64,000 nt of DNA from Candidatus Tenderia sp. (lineage in GTDB: Bacteria > Pseudomonadota > Gammaproteobacteria > Tenderiales > Tenderiaceae): assembly GCA_031416075.1 (NCBI GenBank), contig JANOSY010000088.1, forward strand, positions 22,376 to 86,375, in the 5' to 3' direction. Position numbers and translations under genes: made by a program. The notes under the pieces are model-generated. The model did not search any database and had not been told where the DNA came from. It saw only the letters and a program-made list of their open reading frames with translations. Position 1 is the stretch's first letter. Every line of letters begins with the position of its first letter. Shown here one piece after another: positions 22,901-31,927 of this stretch.

Positions 22901-25900
22901 TCGAGCGACCAACCGCCGGGTAGAGCTTCATATATATAGCGTGATCAGCACCACAACCCCACATATCCACGGTACTGCCACCACCAGTGAGCGTCTGAGC
23001 AGTACCATCACCGGCCTTACACCCGGTGAACAGCCAATAACCACCGCGACCGTTACCACAACCACGGAGTACAACAGCCAGTGGCTCGCCAGCCAGACCG
23101 CCAGTATTGAGTGGCTGCTGCCCCAGGAGCGACCCGCGCTCCCCACCACCAACATCGCCATCAAACACCACAGCGACCAGAACGTCACCCTCACCCTCAA
23201 TGGCCAGCCCGTGGCCGCCATGAACTTCAACGGCACCCTCAACAACAGCCATGGTGCTGCCGTCAGCCACTGGGCCGGGGTTGATCTGAACGAGGGCGAC
23301 AACCTCTTTCATGCCACCATCAGCAATGCCCAAGGTGAGTTTATTCAACAACTTAACCGCAACCTGCACTACTCCAGCGCCCCCGTGCGGGCAGAGATTG
23401 TGCCAACGCTCTCCACCCTCATTGCCGATAGCATCACCCCGCCGGTCATCGCCGTACGCCTGTATGACAAAGACAGCCACCCCATCCACGCCGGCATGGA
23501 GATTGAGTACCAAATCAGCCCACCGCACCAGCCCGCCCAAGAGAGTTTTAATACCGACAACATGGTTGCCGCCCCTGGCAGACGCCACTACGCCACCTCC
23601 GACAATGATGGTCTCATCCTGATCAAACTCGCCGCCACCAACAGCACCGATGATCTACGTCTGCAGCTGCCCCTGGCCCACAACCGGACCGTAGAGTTAA
23701 AGAGCCGTCTCCAGGCCAAGGCCCGCGACTGGATACTGGTGGGGCTTGCCGAAGGGGAGGCCGGTTTTAACAGCCTGAGTGGCAATATGGAGGCGCTCGA
23801 CGGCAACGCCGCCCAGGATCATCTCTACCAGGACCAACGTATCGCCTTCTTTGCCAAAGGCCAGGTGCTGGGTAAATGGCTGCTGACCCTGGCCTACGAC
23901 TCCGATAAAGCACAACCACAAAAACAGGGGAACGATCCAGCGCTGTTCCAGGCCATCGACCCCGGCAGCTACTACACCGTCTATGGTGATGCCGGTCAAA
24001 ACGGTTTTGATGCCGCCAGCAGCAAAAAGCTCTACCTCAAGCTGGAGCGCAACGCCTTCTACCTGCTCTTTGGCGACTACCAGACCCAGCTCAGCGAGAC
24101 CCGTCTGGCCCGCTACGACCGCACCCTGACCGGCATAAAGTCCCGTTATCAGAATGAACAATACAACCTCATGCTCTTTATCAGCGAAAACAGCCAATCC
24201 TTTGCCAAGGATGAGCTGCGCGGCCAGGGCAGCACCGGCCCCTACCCGCTGTCACGCAGCAACGTCGCCCTCAACAGCGAAAAGGTAGTGCTGGAGGTGC
24301 GCGACCGTTTCCGCAGCGAACAGATTGTCAGCAGCACACTGCTGGCGCGCCACAGCGACTACGACATCAACTATCTGGAGGGCAACATCACCTTCCGCGA
24401 GCCGGTATTCAGCACCGATGCCAACCTCAATCCGCAATACATCGTCATCAAATATGAGTCCTACACCGGCGACAGCCAGACCACCATCGGTGGCCGGGCC
24501 GAGGTGAAGGTCAACGACCAGCTCAAGATCGGCGTTACCCAAGTGAGTGAAGGGCGCGCTACAGGTGATGCCCTGCTCGGGGCCGCCGATCTGCAATACA
24601 AGTTCAACGATGCCACCACCCTGCGCCTTGAGACGGCCCGCAGCCTGATTGCCGACGAAGGCAGCGGCAACGCCTATCTTGCCGAAGTTGAACACCAGAC
24701 CGTCAACAGCAGTAGCAAACTCTATCTGCTGGATAACGACACCCATTTTGGTCTGGGACAAACCAACGCCAGCGAAAATGGCATGTACAAACAAGGGGTT
24801 GAGACACAGCTGCGAGCCAGCGACAATATCAACATCAAAGGCCAGCTCTACCGCCAGGAGAGCAGCCTCAGCCACGCCAGCCGTGACCTGGCCGAGGCAC
24901 AGGGCGAGATCAGCCGCGGCACTACCCGGCTGCGCGCCGGCCTGCGTGAGGTGCAGGATCAGCGCGGCGACAACAGCCAGCAGCAGTCGGAACAGCTCAC
25001 CACCGGCATCAGTCAACAGCTGCTGGACAGTAAGGTGACCCTGCGGGCCGACCGCGAGATCAACCTCAACAATGGCAATGACAGCATCGACTTCCCCGAC
25101 AAAACCCGGCTTGGGGCCGACTACCACATCACCCAGAAGATCAGCCTGTTTGCCGAACAGGAGGTGGCCAACAGCGACCTCCGCGATACCCGCCAGCGCC
25201 GTCTTGGTATCAAATCAAACCCCTGGAACGGCGCGGAGATTTACAGCGGCCTGAGCCACTCCAGCAGTGATAACGGCACTGCAACCAGCGCCAATGTCGC
25301 CGCCCGCCAGCGCTGGCAGCTCAACCCACAGTGGAGCGTTGATGCCGGTATCGAGCAGTCCCAAACCCTAAGCCAGAATCTGAACCAGAACCAAAGCAGC
25401 GGCCCAACCCTCAGCCCACCTGCCGCCACGCCGTTCAACCTCAACAGCGGATTTGCCATCGGCAGCAACGAAGATTTCAGCGCCGCCTCCTTGGGTGTCA
25501 CCTATAGCGACAAAGGGTGGCTCTGGAGCAGCCGTGTCGAGTCGCGCACCGGTGATCTGAGTGACCGTCGCCGCCTTGCCACCTCAGTACAGACATCACC
25601 ACACAACGACCTCTCCATGCTCGCCTCCCTCAACCTGCTCACCAGCAGCAGCGCCCAGGGTGAACAGCAGGATAGCTCAACGGTGCAGCTCGGGGCCGCC
25701 TACCGCCCCAGCAATAGCCGCTGGCTGCTGCTGGATAAACTGACCCTGAAAAAAGAGCGCCATAACAACAGCACCCTCGACAGCAGCGGCTGGCGCATCA
25801 TCAACCTGTTCAATGCCAATTACCGAGAAGGGCGCTGGCAGACATCGCTGCAATACGGTGCCAAGAGTGTTAAAGAGACCATCGACGGCAACGAACATAA

Positions 25901-26201
25901 CCAGTTTGTTGACCTCAGCGGCATCGAGAGCCGTTATGATCTAACGCCAGAGTGGGACATCGGCCTGCATGGCAACATCCTGCACGCCTGGCAGCTCAAC
26001 CAATATAACTACAACAGTGGTGTCTCGGTAGGCCACACCGTGGCCAAAAACATCTGGCTGAGCCTTGGCTACAACTTCAACGGCTTCCGCGACAGCGACT
26101 TTTCGCGCAGCAGCTATACCAGTCAGGGGCTGTTCCTCCGTTTCCGGATGAAATTTGACCAAACCACCGTGAAAGAGGCGATCCAGTGGGCCAGCCAATG
26201 A
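19905..26201 (+). CDS. Giant outer-membrane protein with DUF11, OmpA-like peptidoglycan-binding and C-terminal beta-barrel regions (putative anchor/assembly platform)
   Basis: Signal peptide; GHSDS...NQILSEYRA...PVASN...GRATNRRVEL OmpA motif; alternating amphipathic strands in the last ~800 aa ending GLFLRFRMKF; start uncertain. Confidence 0.8.
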   Translation: MSCTVVRAITALCPGPLAGQRAPLHLYITTLLGFLVLLWSTTTLAVPPGTIISNVASINYTIGGLPGLPLSSNIDQFTVVAAANTVDGTMSVAAPGGNLYAGSPRATTITLNNTGTTLLNNQQLTITAPLNSQVTLTGSGVTLAASMSSSTTTTYIFNVADLPVAGSQDLQLVLTAAPTAVSRPQTFTVAHSVDGTTLQQQSLTLSALPRTAARLEILQHSLSNRALSAIVNSTLIRGESGTFTPIAPPTLPEAPDRLVTDSPITLEPANVFSNIQTLFIRVTDLDQNLDSTVQESLDITIKLPDRDDYVTLRILETGIATGIFSGYVTFEKNSATSSGALPVKSNSKLLVSYTDTIDGDDSVAETVLIDPYGVVFDSATGQPLDGYTVQMVNTDTGLPATVYGDDGVSSYPATVITGSPVTDSSGNLYSYNTGEYRFPLAPAGNYRLVVTSPSSAQYRWPSTQSTEQLHNLSRSNLAITLGSRGERFPLLPGPPLHIDIPVDPLTTQLYLQRSANRESVATGDLIRYSVQVENSTATTLNDVVLTESLPHGFRLEPGSINMDNNPQQPATIEPQGTTFTLNLGAMIAGERRQIRYVSAVGAARQGLASSSSHARANSGAANSNHARHDAMVFDELMRGRALLLGQVIINPTDNDPTPASGLKGVRIYMEDGRYAISDERGMFHFDNLTPGNHLVQLDTATLPDHYSLVMGDQDTRNAHSPSSQFIDLQGGTLWRTEFHVARKPTPTGALSLQLSNTAPDSQGNIPYQVTLENRGVSASNLRLTLMIPATTHYQPGSSHVGGHPVGDPDIVGNVLIYRLNNDHPSGGWQRQLHLTLQGDTGNSASGDSRELTTKASLQFDTPAQQNQRLPLLQHTFTLTTEQVKQGEQKVLAESLTLDNFNGSSNDLSEEHKTVVQQLAERWAGQDIHIHAIGHSDSRDIIQKEKEDQRLFANNQILSEYRAHEVANQLRQQLSLPANRISFESKGEDEPVASNATSAGRATNRRVELHIYSVISTTTPHIHGTATTSERLSSTITGLTPGEQPITTATVTTTTEYNSQWLASQTASIEWLLPQERPALPTTNIAIKHHSDQNVTLTLNGQPVAAMNFNGTLNNSHGAAVSHWAGVDLNEGDNLFHATISNAQGEFIQQLNRNLHYSSAPVRAEIVPTLSTLIADSITPPVIAVRLYDKDSHPIHAGMEIEYQISPPHQPAQESFNTDNMVAAPGRRHYATSDNDGLILIKLAATNSTDDLRLQLPLAHNRTVELKSRLQAKARDWILVGLAEGEAGFNSLSGNMEALDGNAAQDHLYQDQRIAFFAKGQVLGKWLLTLAYDSDKAQPQKQGNDPALFQAIDPGSYYTVYGDAGQNGFDAASSKKLYLKLERNAFYLLFGDYQTQLSETRLARYDRTLTGIKSRYQNEQYNLMLFISENSQSFAKDELRGQGSTGPYPLSRSNVALNSEKVVLEVRDRFRSEQIVSSTLLARHSDYDINYLEGNITFREPVFSTDANLNPQYIVIKYESYTGDSQTTIGGRAEVKVNDQLKIGVTQVSEGRATGDALLGAADLQYKFNDATTLRLETARSLIADEGSGNAYLAEVEHQTVNSSSKLYLLDNDTHFGLGQTNASENGMYKQGVETQLRASDNINIKGQLYRQESSLSHASRDLAEAQGEISRGTTRLRAGLREVQDQRGDNSQQQSEQLTTGISQQLLDSKVTLRADREINLNNGNDSIDFPDKTRLGADYHITQKISLFAEQEVANSDLRDTRQRRLGIKSNPWNGAEIYSGLSHSSSDNGTATSANVAARQRWQLNPQWSVDAGIEQSQTLSQNLNQNQSSGPTLSPPAATPFNLNSGFAIGSNEDFSAASLGVTYSDKGWLWSSRVESRTGDLSDRRRLATSVQTSPHNDLSMLASLNLLTSSSAQGEQQDSSTVQLGAAYRPSNSRWLLLDKLTLKKERHNNSTLDSSGWRIINLFNANYREGRWQTSLQYGAKSVKETIDGNEHNQFVDLSGIESRYDLTPEWDIGLHGNILHAWQLNQYNYNSGVSVGHTVAKNIWLSLGYNFNGFRDSDFSRSSYTSQGLFLRFRMKFDQTTVKEAIQWASQ

Positions 26202-26220
26202 CAACCGCCACAACATCAAC

Positions 26221-29200
26221 ATGGACAGTACGATGAGATACGGACGTTTTATTCAGCTCTGCCTGCTGGCCACCCTGCTGCTGGTGGTACTTTTGCCTCG
26301 TCCAGGGGTAGCGGCCATCACCGCCACCACCCTATTTGAAGGGTCAACGGATGGCGATGCCAGCGCTTATACTGGACCCTCACTCAGCCCGTCGGCCAAC
26401 AACCTGATTCTCGTCTGGATAACCAATACCCGCTCCTCCTCCCCCACCGTGCCCACCTTTACCGGTAACGGCCTCACCTGGGTGCAGGTCGCCACCGTCA
26501 CCTGGGGCAGCAGCGGCTCCCCCACCGCACGTACCACCCTGTTCCGGGCCATGGGATCCTCCCCCGCTACCGGGATCAACAGCATCGATTTTGCCGGCAA
26601 TACCCAGACCGGCGTGGCGATGTCAATGATCCAGTTCAACAACGTCGACATCACCGGCAGCAACGGTGCCAACGCCCTGGTTCAGAGTGTCACCGGCAGA
26701 ACTGATAGCGCCTCCTCCACCGCCGGGCTGAGCCTCACCCTGGCAGCGCTGGGCAATGTTGCCAACGCCTCTGTGGGCGGCTTTTCCAACTTTATCAACT
26801 CCGCCACCTCCATCTCCCCAGGGTCCGGCTACACCGCCTCGTCCGGCACCACCTATCTGGCCCCCAGCATCAGCCTGCGCGCCGAGTGGAAGAGTGCGGG
26901 CAGCACCATCGTCAACGTCACACAGAGCGGTACCTCCCACATTGGCGGGATCGCCGTCGAACTCAAGGCCGACCTCTGTGCCGGCAATGTGGTCACCACC
27001 ATCGCCAACAGTGGTGATGGCTCCCTGCGTGAATGTATCATCAAGGCCAACCTCAACCCCGGCACCACCATCACCTTCAACATTACCGCTGCGGCCAACC
27101 AATCTTCCGGTGCCAACTCATGGTGGCGTATCACCCCCACCACCGCGCTACCCACCATCACCGCTGCCAATACGGTGATTGATGCCACCACCCAGACCAG
27201 TAATCGTGGCAATACCAATACCCTCGGCCCGGAAGTTGAACTCAACGGTGCCACCGTCGGTGCCGGGGGGTGGGACGGTTTTGGTGTGGCTTCGCCAGCC
27301 ACCGGAGTCATCATCCGCGGGTTCATCATCAATCAGTGGTCAGGGTCAGGTATCTCACTCTGGAGCGGCAGCGGCACCATCAGGGGCAACTACATCGGTA
27401 CCAACTACGCCGGTACCAGTGCCCTGGCCAATACCAGCTACGGCCTCTACCTCAATACCAATGGCAATACCGTCGGTGGCACCAGTGCTGCGGACCGTAA
27501 CGTCATTGCCGGTAACGGCGGGCCTGGCATCTACATTGTGAGCAACAGCAATACCGTGCAGGGCAACTACATCGGCGTCAACGCCAGTGCTGGGGCGATA
27601 GTTGCCAATAGTGGCCACGGCGTACAGATACTCTCCGGTGCCACCGGCAATACCATTGGGGGCACAGCGGCGGGGGCAGGCAATGTGATTGCTGGCAACG
27701 GCGCTGATGGCATCAACCATAGTTCAACAGGCAGCAATACCGTACAAGGCAACTACATCGGTACCAACGCCAGCAGCGCGACACTCTCTAATGGTGGCAA
27801 TGGCATTGCCATCTCTGCCGGCACACTCAATGTGGGCAACGCCTCTGAATCCCAATCAAACATTATTGGCCCCAACAGTGGTGCGGGCATCAACCTGGCG
27901 GGCGGAACAGTGAATCTGGCAGGCAGTGTCACCGTGCGTGGCAACATGGCCCTGGCCAGCGGCACACTCGCCATGGGCAGCGCCACACTCAACCTCTCCG
28001 GTAACTGGAGCCGTACCAGCACCACCGTCACAACCGGCACCTCCACCGTGGTGCTCAACGGCACTGCCCTGCAGAGCCTGACCATGAACGGCAGTAACTT
28101 CAATAATCTGACCATCACCAACGGCAGTGTTGCAGGTATCAGTTTTAATGATGGTTTTAACGCCGCCAACATCACCAATACCACCCCCGCCTCCCGGCTG
28201 ACCTTTAAGGCGGGCGCAACCTACACCCTCTCCGGCACCCTGACACTGGTCGGCAGCAGTGGCAACCAGATCATTCTGCTCAGCGACTCCCCCGGCACCC
28301 GCTTTACCCTGAACCCAACTGCTGGCGCGCAGAGTGTCAACTATGTCAACGTCAAGGATTCACAGGCCTCAACCAACAACATCACCGCCGATAACTCCAC
28401 CAACAGTGGTGGCAATGATGATGCCGAGGCCGCACCACGCTGGGTCTTTAATGCCCCCGATACCACGCCGCCCGCCAGGATCATCGACCTGACGGTCACC
28501 TCCTCCACCACCTCATCCATCACCCTGAACTGGACTTCACCGGGAGATGACAATAACAGTGGCACGGCTACCAGCTATGACCTGCGTTACTCCACCTCGC
28601 CCATCACGGCGGGCAACTGGGCCAGCGCCACACAGGCCGTTGGCGAACCAACACCCTTGGTGGCCGGTAGCAGCCAATCATTTAGCGTGACCGGCCTGGC
28701 CGCTGCCACCACCTACTACTTTGTAATGACCACCAGCGATGAGGTCCCCAATACCTCCGCCCTATCTGACTCAGCGGTTGGCACCACCGGCGGCGGTGGT
28801 GGCGGCAATGTGAGCTACTACGCCAAACGCAGTAACAGTGTCTCCATCGCCTCCGGCATCACCAGCAACAGCGGCTCCTGCGGCACAGATCCAACCGCCT
28901 ACTACATTGAAGAGCTGTCAAAAAACATCAGCGACATGTGTGTCACAGCAAATGCCTACCGCTGGGAGCAGTTGACGGCCGGCAGCTACTCGGACCACTA
29001 CTTCAACACCGCCTATGTGGCCAATACCACCGTTACCGGCGTCTCTTATCAGGTCACCATCCGCGACAGCGGAACAGTAGGTTTCCAGCTTTTTTATGTC
29101 ACCTCCGGCGGTACCAAAACCTATCTTGGCACTGAAGTCACCCAGGTAAACAGTGGCATAGAAACCAATAACTACATCCTTAACCTCTCCGGCCAGTCTG

Positions 29201-31839
29201 GCACCATCCCCACCGGGGCAAAACTTGGGTTTCGTACCCGTGGTATCTCTGTCAGCCCCAGCTTCAGGATCTATGTGGGTAATCTGGATGGCAGGACACC
29301 CAGCAACCTCTCCGGTCATCTAATCGTCAACGAGGCCGTGGGCAGCAGCGATACCACCGCCCCGGCCAGTGTCACGCTCTCTACCGGTACCATCACCAAC
29401 AACTCCGTGCTGCTGAACTGGGTATCACCGGGGGATGATGGCAATACCGGCACCGCCCAGATCTACGACATCCGTTACTCCACCGCCGCCATCACGGCGG
29501 GCAACTGGGCCAGCGCCACCCAGGTAGGCGGGGAACCAACACCTCTGGTGGCGGGCACTGCCCAGACCTATACCGTGACCGGGCTGGCCCCCAATACCCT
29601 CTACTACTTTGCCATCAAAACCGGCGACGAGACACCCAACTGGTCAGCGGTCTCCAACTCCCCCAGCGCCACCACCTACGATCCACCGGTGGGTGGCTTT
29701 AGTGTCGATAATGTGATCCCCGCCACCCAGATCAGCCAGTCCACCAACGGTTCAGGCATCATCACCATCAACTGGAAGGGGCGCGACAATCAGGCCAATA
29801 ACGTCACACTCAAAACCTTTCAGTACAGCGTGGACGGTGGGGCTAGCTGGAACGCCCCCACCAACGGCGACGCCTCCGCCGCACTCTCCGCCACCTGGAG
29901 CAACAACGGCGGCAGTGGCTGGACCACCGCCACCACCTTGGCTGCCGCTCCTGTCAACAGCTTCACCTTCAATACCAAACATGCCAATGTCTCGGGGTTA
30001 AACGGGGTGGACCAGAACGATGTACGGGTCCGGTTTCTATTACGTGATGCCACTATGGATAGCCAGAGCTATGTCACCTCGACCGATTTTCGTATCGATG
30101 CCCTTGCCCCTACCGCGACCATTGGCAGCGCCATTTACGATGCTGCCAACGACCTGCTGACCATCACCGGCACCAACTTCACCACCATTGCGGCGGCCAG
30201 CACCGACATCAAAGCCTATGTCGACTGGAGCAAATTTGTCTGGGACATCAACGGCGACAACGCCACCACCACCGACATCAGCTTTGTGCTGGGTGACATC
30301 ACCAGCCTGATCATCACCGACGATACCACCATCACCCTGCAGTTCAGTGCCGCCAAAGGGATCGCCATCGAAGCCACCGCCGGCTACAGCACCACAGGCG
30401 GGGTCGACACCCTCGATGTTGCCGCCGGTTTTGCCCGAGACGACTACGGCAATGCCGCCACCACCGATGCGGTGGCCAACGGGCCACTCGTTACCACCTC
30501 GGTCTCAGGGATACTCTACGATACCGACCGCACCACCAGCCTCGGTTTTGGCATGACGGTACGGCTACTCATCAACGGCGCCAGCATGGGCTCCACCACC
30601 ACCGACGGCAGTGGTCGCTATACCTTCTGGAATAACGTCAGTGCCGGCAATGCCATTCTGGTCTACATCGACAATGGTGCCAGCACCGCCATCAGCGCCA
30701 CCGTTACCGCCAACGCCAGCCTCTCGGACTTTGATCTCTACGCCAGCCATCTGGTGGCCCGCCACGATAATGGGGGCGCACTCAGCAACGCCAACCTGGG
30801 AAGTGCCAAGGGGGCGTATGTCGACACCGATATTGTTTACTCCGTCACCGGCAGCGCGTTAACCGTCAGTGGCAGCGCCACCCGGCTACACATCCCGGCG
30901 GGCAAAAGTTTTACCCCGGAGGGCAACGTCACCACCCCGGCCATGAGTAATCTTGGCACCTTTGTCGGCGGCAGTGGTGCCATTACCATCAATGGCAACC
31001 TGAGTAACAGCGGCAGTTATACCGCCAGCAGCGCCACCACCACTGTTGCTGCTGACTTCAGCAACAGCGGTACCTTTACAGCCGCAGGCGGTACCGTGCT
31101 GCTTAACGGTATCAATCAAAACATCACGGGGACCACTACCTTCTTCAACCTGACCAAAACCGTGGCCACCGCCGACACCCTATTTTTCAGCGTCGGCTCC
31201 ACCACCACCGTCACGGGTAGCGCCACCCTGCAGGGGGCATCGGGCCAGCCACTGAGTCTGCTCTCGATCACCCCCGGCAGCCGCTGGAACTTCAACATCG
31301 GCAGCAGCGCCACTAAGTCCTTCAGTTTTCTGAATGTGATCGACAGTGACGCCTCAGGCTCTGCCGCTGCCAAAAAACCGCTCATCGCCCAACCCAGCAA
31401 CTCTACCGACAGCGGCAACAATGTGGACTGGTTTGGCCTGCCCTCCATCTCGGTGATCAAATCCAGTACCCTGATATCCGACCCCGTTAACGGCACCACC
31501 AGCCCGCTGCATATCCCGGGGGCAATCCTTAACTATCAGATCCTCACCACCAACTCTGGCAACGGCTCACCCGATACCAATACCGTGGTGGTAACCGATG
31601 CACTGGACTCCAGCAAGCTTGAGTTTGATGTCACCACCGGCATCACCTTTACCGCCAATACCTCGGGACTGACACTGGGCACAGTGAGTTATGCCCATAC
31701 CGCCACCCCCACCACCTATACCTACACCCCCACCGGCCCCTACGACGCCAATGTGGCGGGCATCAAGATCACCACCAGCGGTACGTTTGCCAGCGCCGGT
31801 GCCAGCTTTACCCTCAACTTCCGCGTCCGCATAAAATAG
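26221..31839 (+). CDS. Large secreted adhesin (CSLREA-like motif, beta-helix repeats, two FN3 domains, C-terminal DUF11-like domain); putative fimbrial tip
   Basis: Signal peptide; DGSLRECI; GNYIGTN/GNVIAGNG repeats; FN3 LNW.SPGDD...YYF; C-terminal SVIK...HIPGA domain. Confidence 0.8.
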   Translation: MDSTMRYGRFIQLCLLATLLLVVLLPRPGVAAITATTLFEGSTDGDASAYTGPSLSPSANNLILVWITNTRSSSPTVPTFTGNGLTWVQVATVTWGSSGSPTARTTLFRAMGSSPATGINSIDFAGNTQTGVAMSMIQFNNVDITGSNGANALVQSVTGRTDSASSTAGLSLTLAALGNVANASVGGFSNFINSATSISPGSGYTASSGTTYLAPSISLRAEWKSAGSTIVNVTQSGTSHIGGIAVELKADLCAGNVVTTIANSGDGSLRECIIKANLNPGTTITFNITAAANQSSGANSWWRITPTTALPTITAANTVIDATTQTSNRGNTNTLGPEVELNGATVGAGGWDGFGVASPATGVIIRGFIINQWSGSGISLWSGSGTIRGNYIGTNYAGTSALANTSYGLYLNTNGNTVGGTSAADRNVIAGNGGPGIYIVSNSNTVQGNYIGVNASAGAIVANSGHGVQILSGATGNTIGGTAAGAGNVIAGNGADGINHSSTGSNTVQGNYIGTNASSATLSNGGNGIAISAGTLNVGNASESQSNIIGPNSGAGINLAGGTVNLAGSVTVRGNMALASGTLAMGSATLNLSGNWSRTSTTVTTGTSTVVLNGTALQSLTMNGSNFNNLTITNGSVAGISFNDGFNAANITNTTPASRLTFKAGATYTLSGTLTLVGSSGNQIILLSDSPGTRFTLNPTAGAQSVNYVNVKDSQASTNNITADNSTNSGGNDDAEAAPRWVFNAPDTTPPARIIDLTVTSSTTSSITLNWTSPGDDNNSGTATSYDLRYSTSPITAGNWASATQAVGEPTPLVAGSSQSFSVTGLAAATTYYFVMTTSDEVPNTSALSDSAVGTTGGGGGGNVSYYAKRSNSVSIASGITSNSGSCGTDPTAYYIEELSKNISDMCVTANAYRWEQLTAGSYSDHYFNTAYVANTTVTGVSYQVTIRDSGTVGFQLFYVTSGGTKTYLGTEVTQVNSGIETNNYILNLSGQSGTIPTGAKLGFRTRGISVSPSFRIYVGNLDGRTPSNLSGHLIVNEAVGSSDTTAPASVTLSTGTITNNSVLLNWVSPGDDGNTGTAQIYDIRYSTAAITAGNWASATQVGGEPTPLVAGTAQTYTVTGLAPNTLYYFAIKTGDETPNWSAVSNSPSATTYDPPVGGFSVDNVIPATQISQSTNGSGIITINWKGRDNQANNVTLKTFQYSVDGGASWNAPTNGDASAALSATWSNNGGSGWTTATTLAAAPVNSFTFNTKHANVSGLNGVDQNDVRVRFLLRDATMDSQSYVTSTDFRIDALAPTATIGSAIYDAANDLLTITGTNFTTIAAASTDIKAYVDWSKFVWDINGDNATTTDISFVLGDITSLIITDDTTITLQFSAAKGIAIEATAGYSTTGGVDTLDVAAGFARDDYGNAATTDAVANGPLVTTSVSGILYDTDRTTSLGFGMTVRLLINGASMGSTTTDGSGRYTFWNNVSAGNAILVYIDNGASTAISATVTANASLSDFDLYASHLVARHDNGGALSNANLGSAKGAYVDTDIVYSVTGSALTVSGSATRLHIPAGKSFTPEGNVTTPAMSNLGTFVGGSGAITINGNLSNSGSYTASSATTTVAADFSNSGTFTAAGGTVLLNGINQNITGTTTFFNLTKTVATADTLFFSVGSTTTVTGSATLQGASGQPLSLLSITPGSRWNFNIGSSATKSFSFLNVIDSDASGSAAAKKPLIAQPSNSTDSGNNVDWFGLPSISVIKSSTLISDPVNGTTSPLHIPGAILNYQILTTNSGNGSPDTNTVVVTDALDSSKLEFDVTTGITFTANTSGLTLGTVSYAHTATPTTYTYTPTGPYDANVAGIKITTSGTFASAGASFTLNFRVRIK
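28459..29680 (+). repeat. Two near-identical FN3 modules (about 28459-28790 and 29350-29680)
   Basis: Shared YST..ITAGNWASATQ.GEPTPLVAG and DNA identity CCATCACGGCGGGCAACTGGGCCAGCGCCAC. Confidence 0.8.
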
Positions 31840-31927
31840 CCCAGATGTACATTGGGGTGGTGTCCTGAAACCGAGGCACCGCCCATGGTATGCTCTCTTC
31901 CCTTGCAACAACCCTGACCCTCTCACC

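Noticed and set aside
22470-25127. Long minus-strand ORFs (372 aa, 291 aa) in the anchor gene
   Set aside because: Antisense shadows caused by strong codon bias
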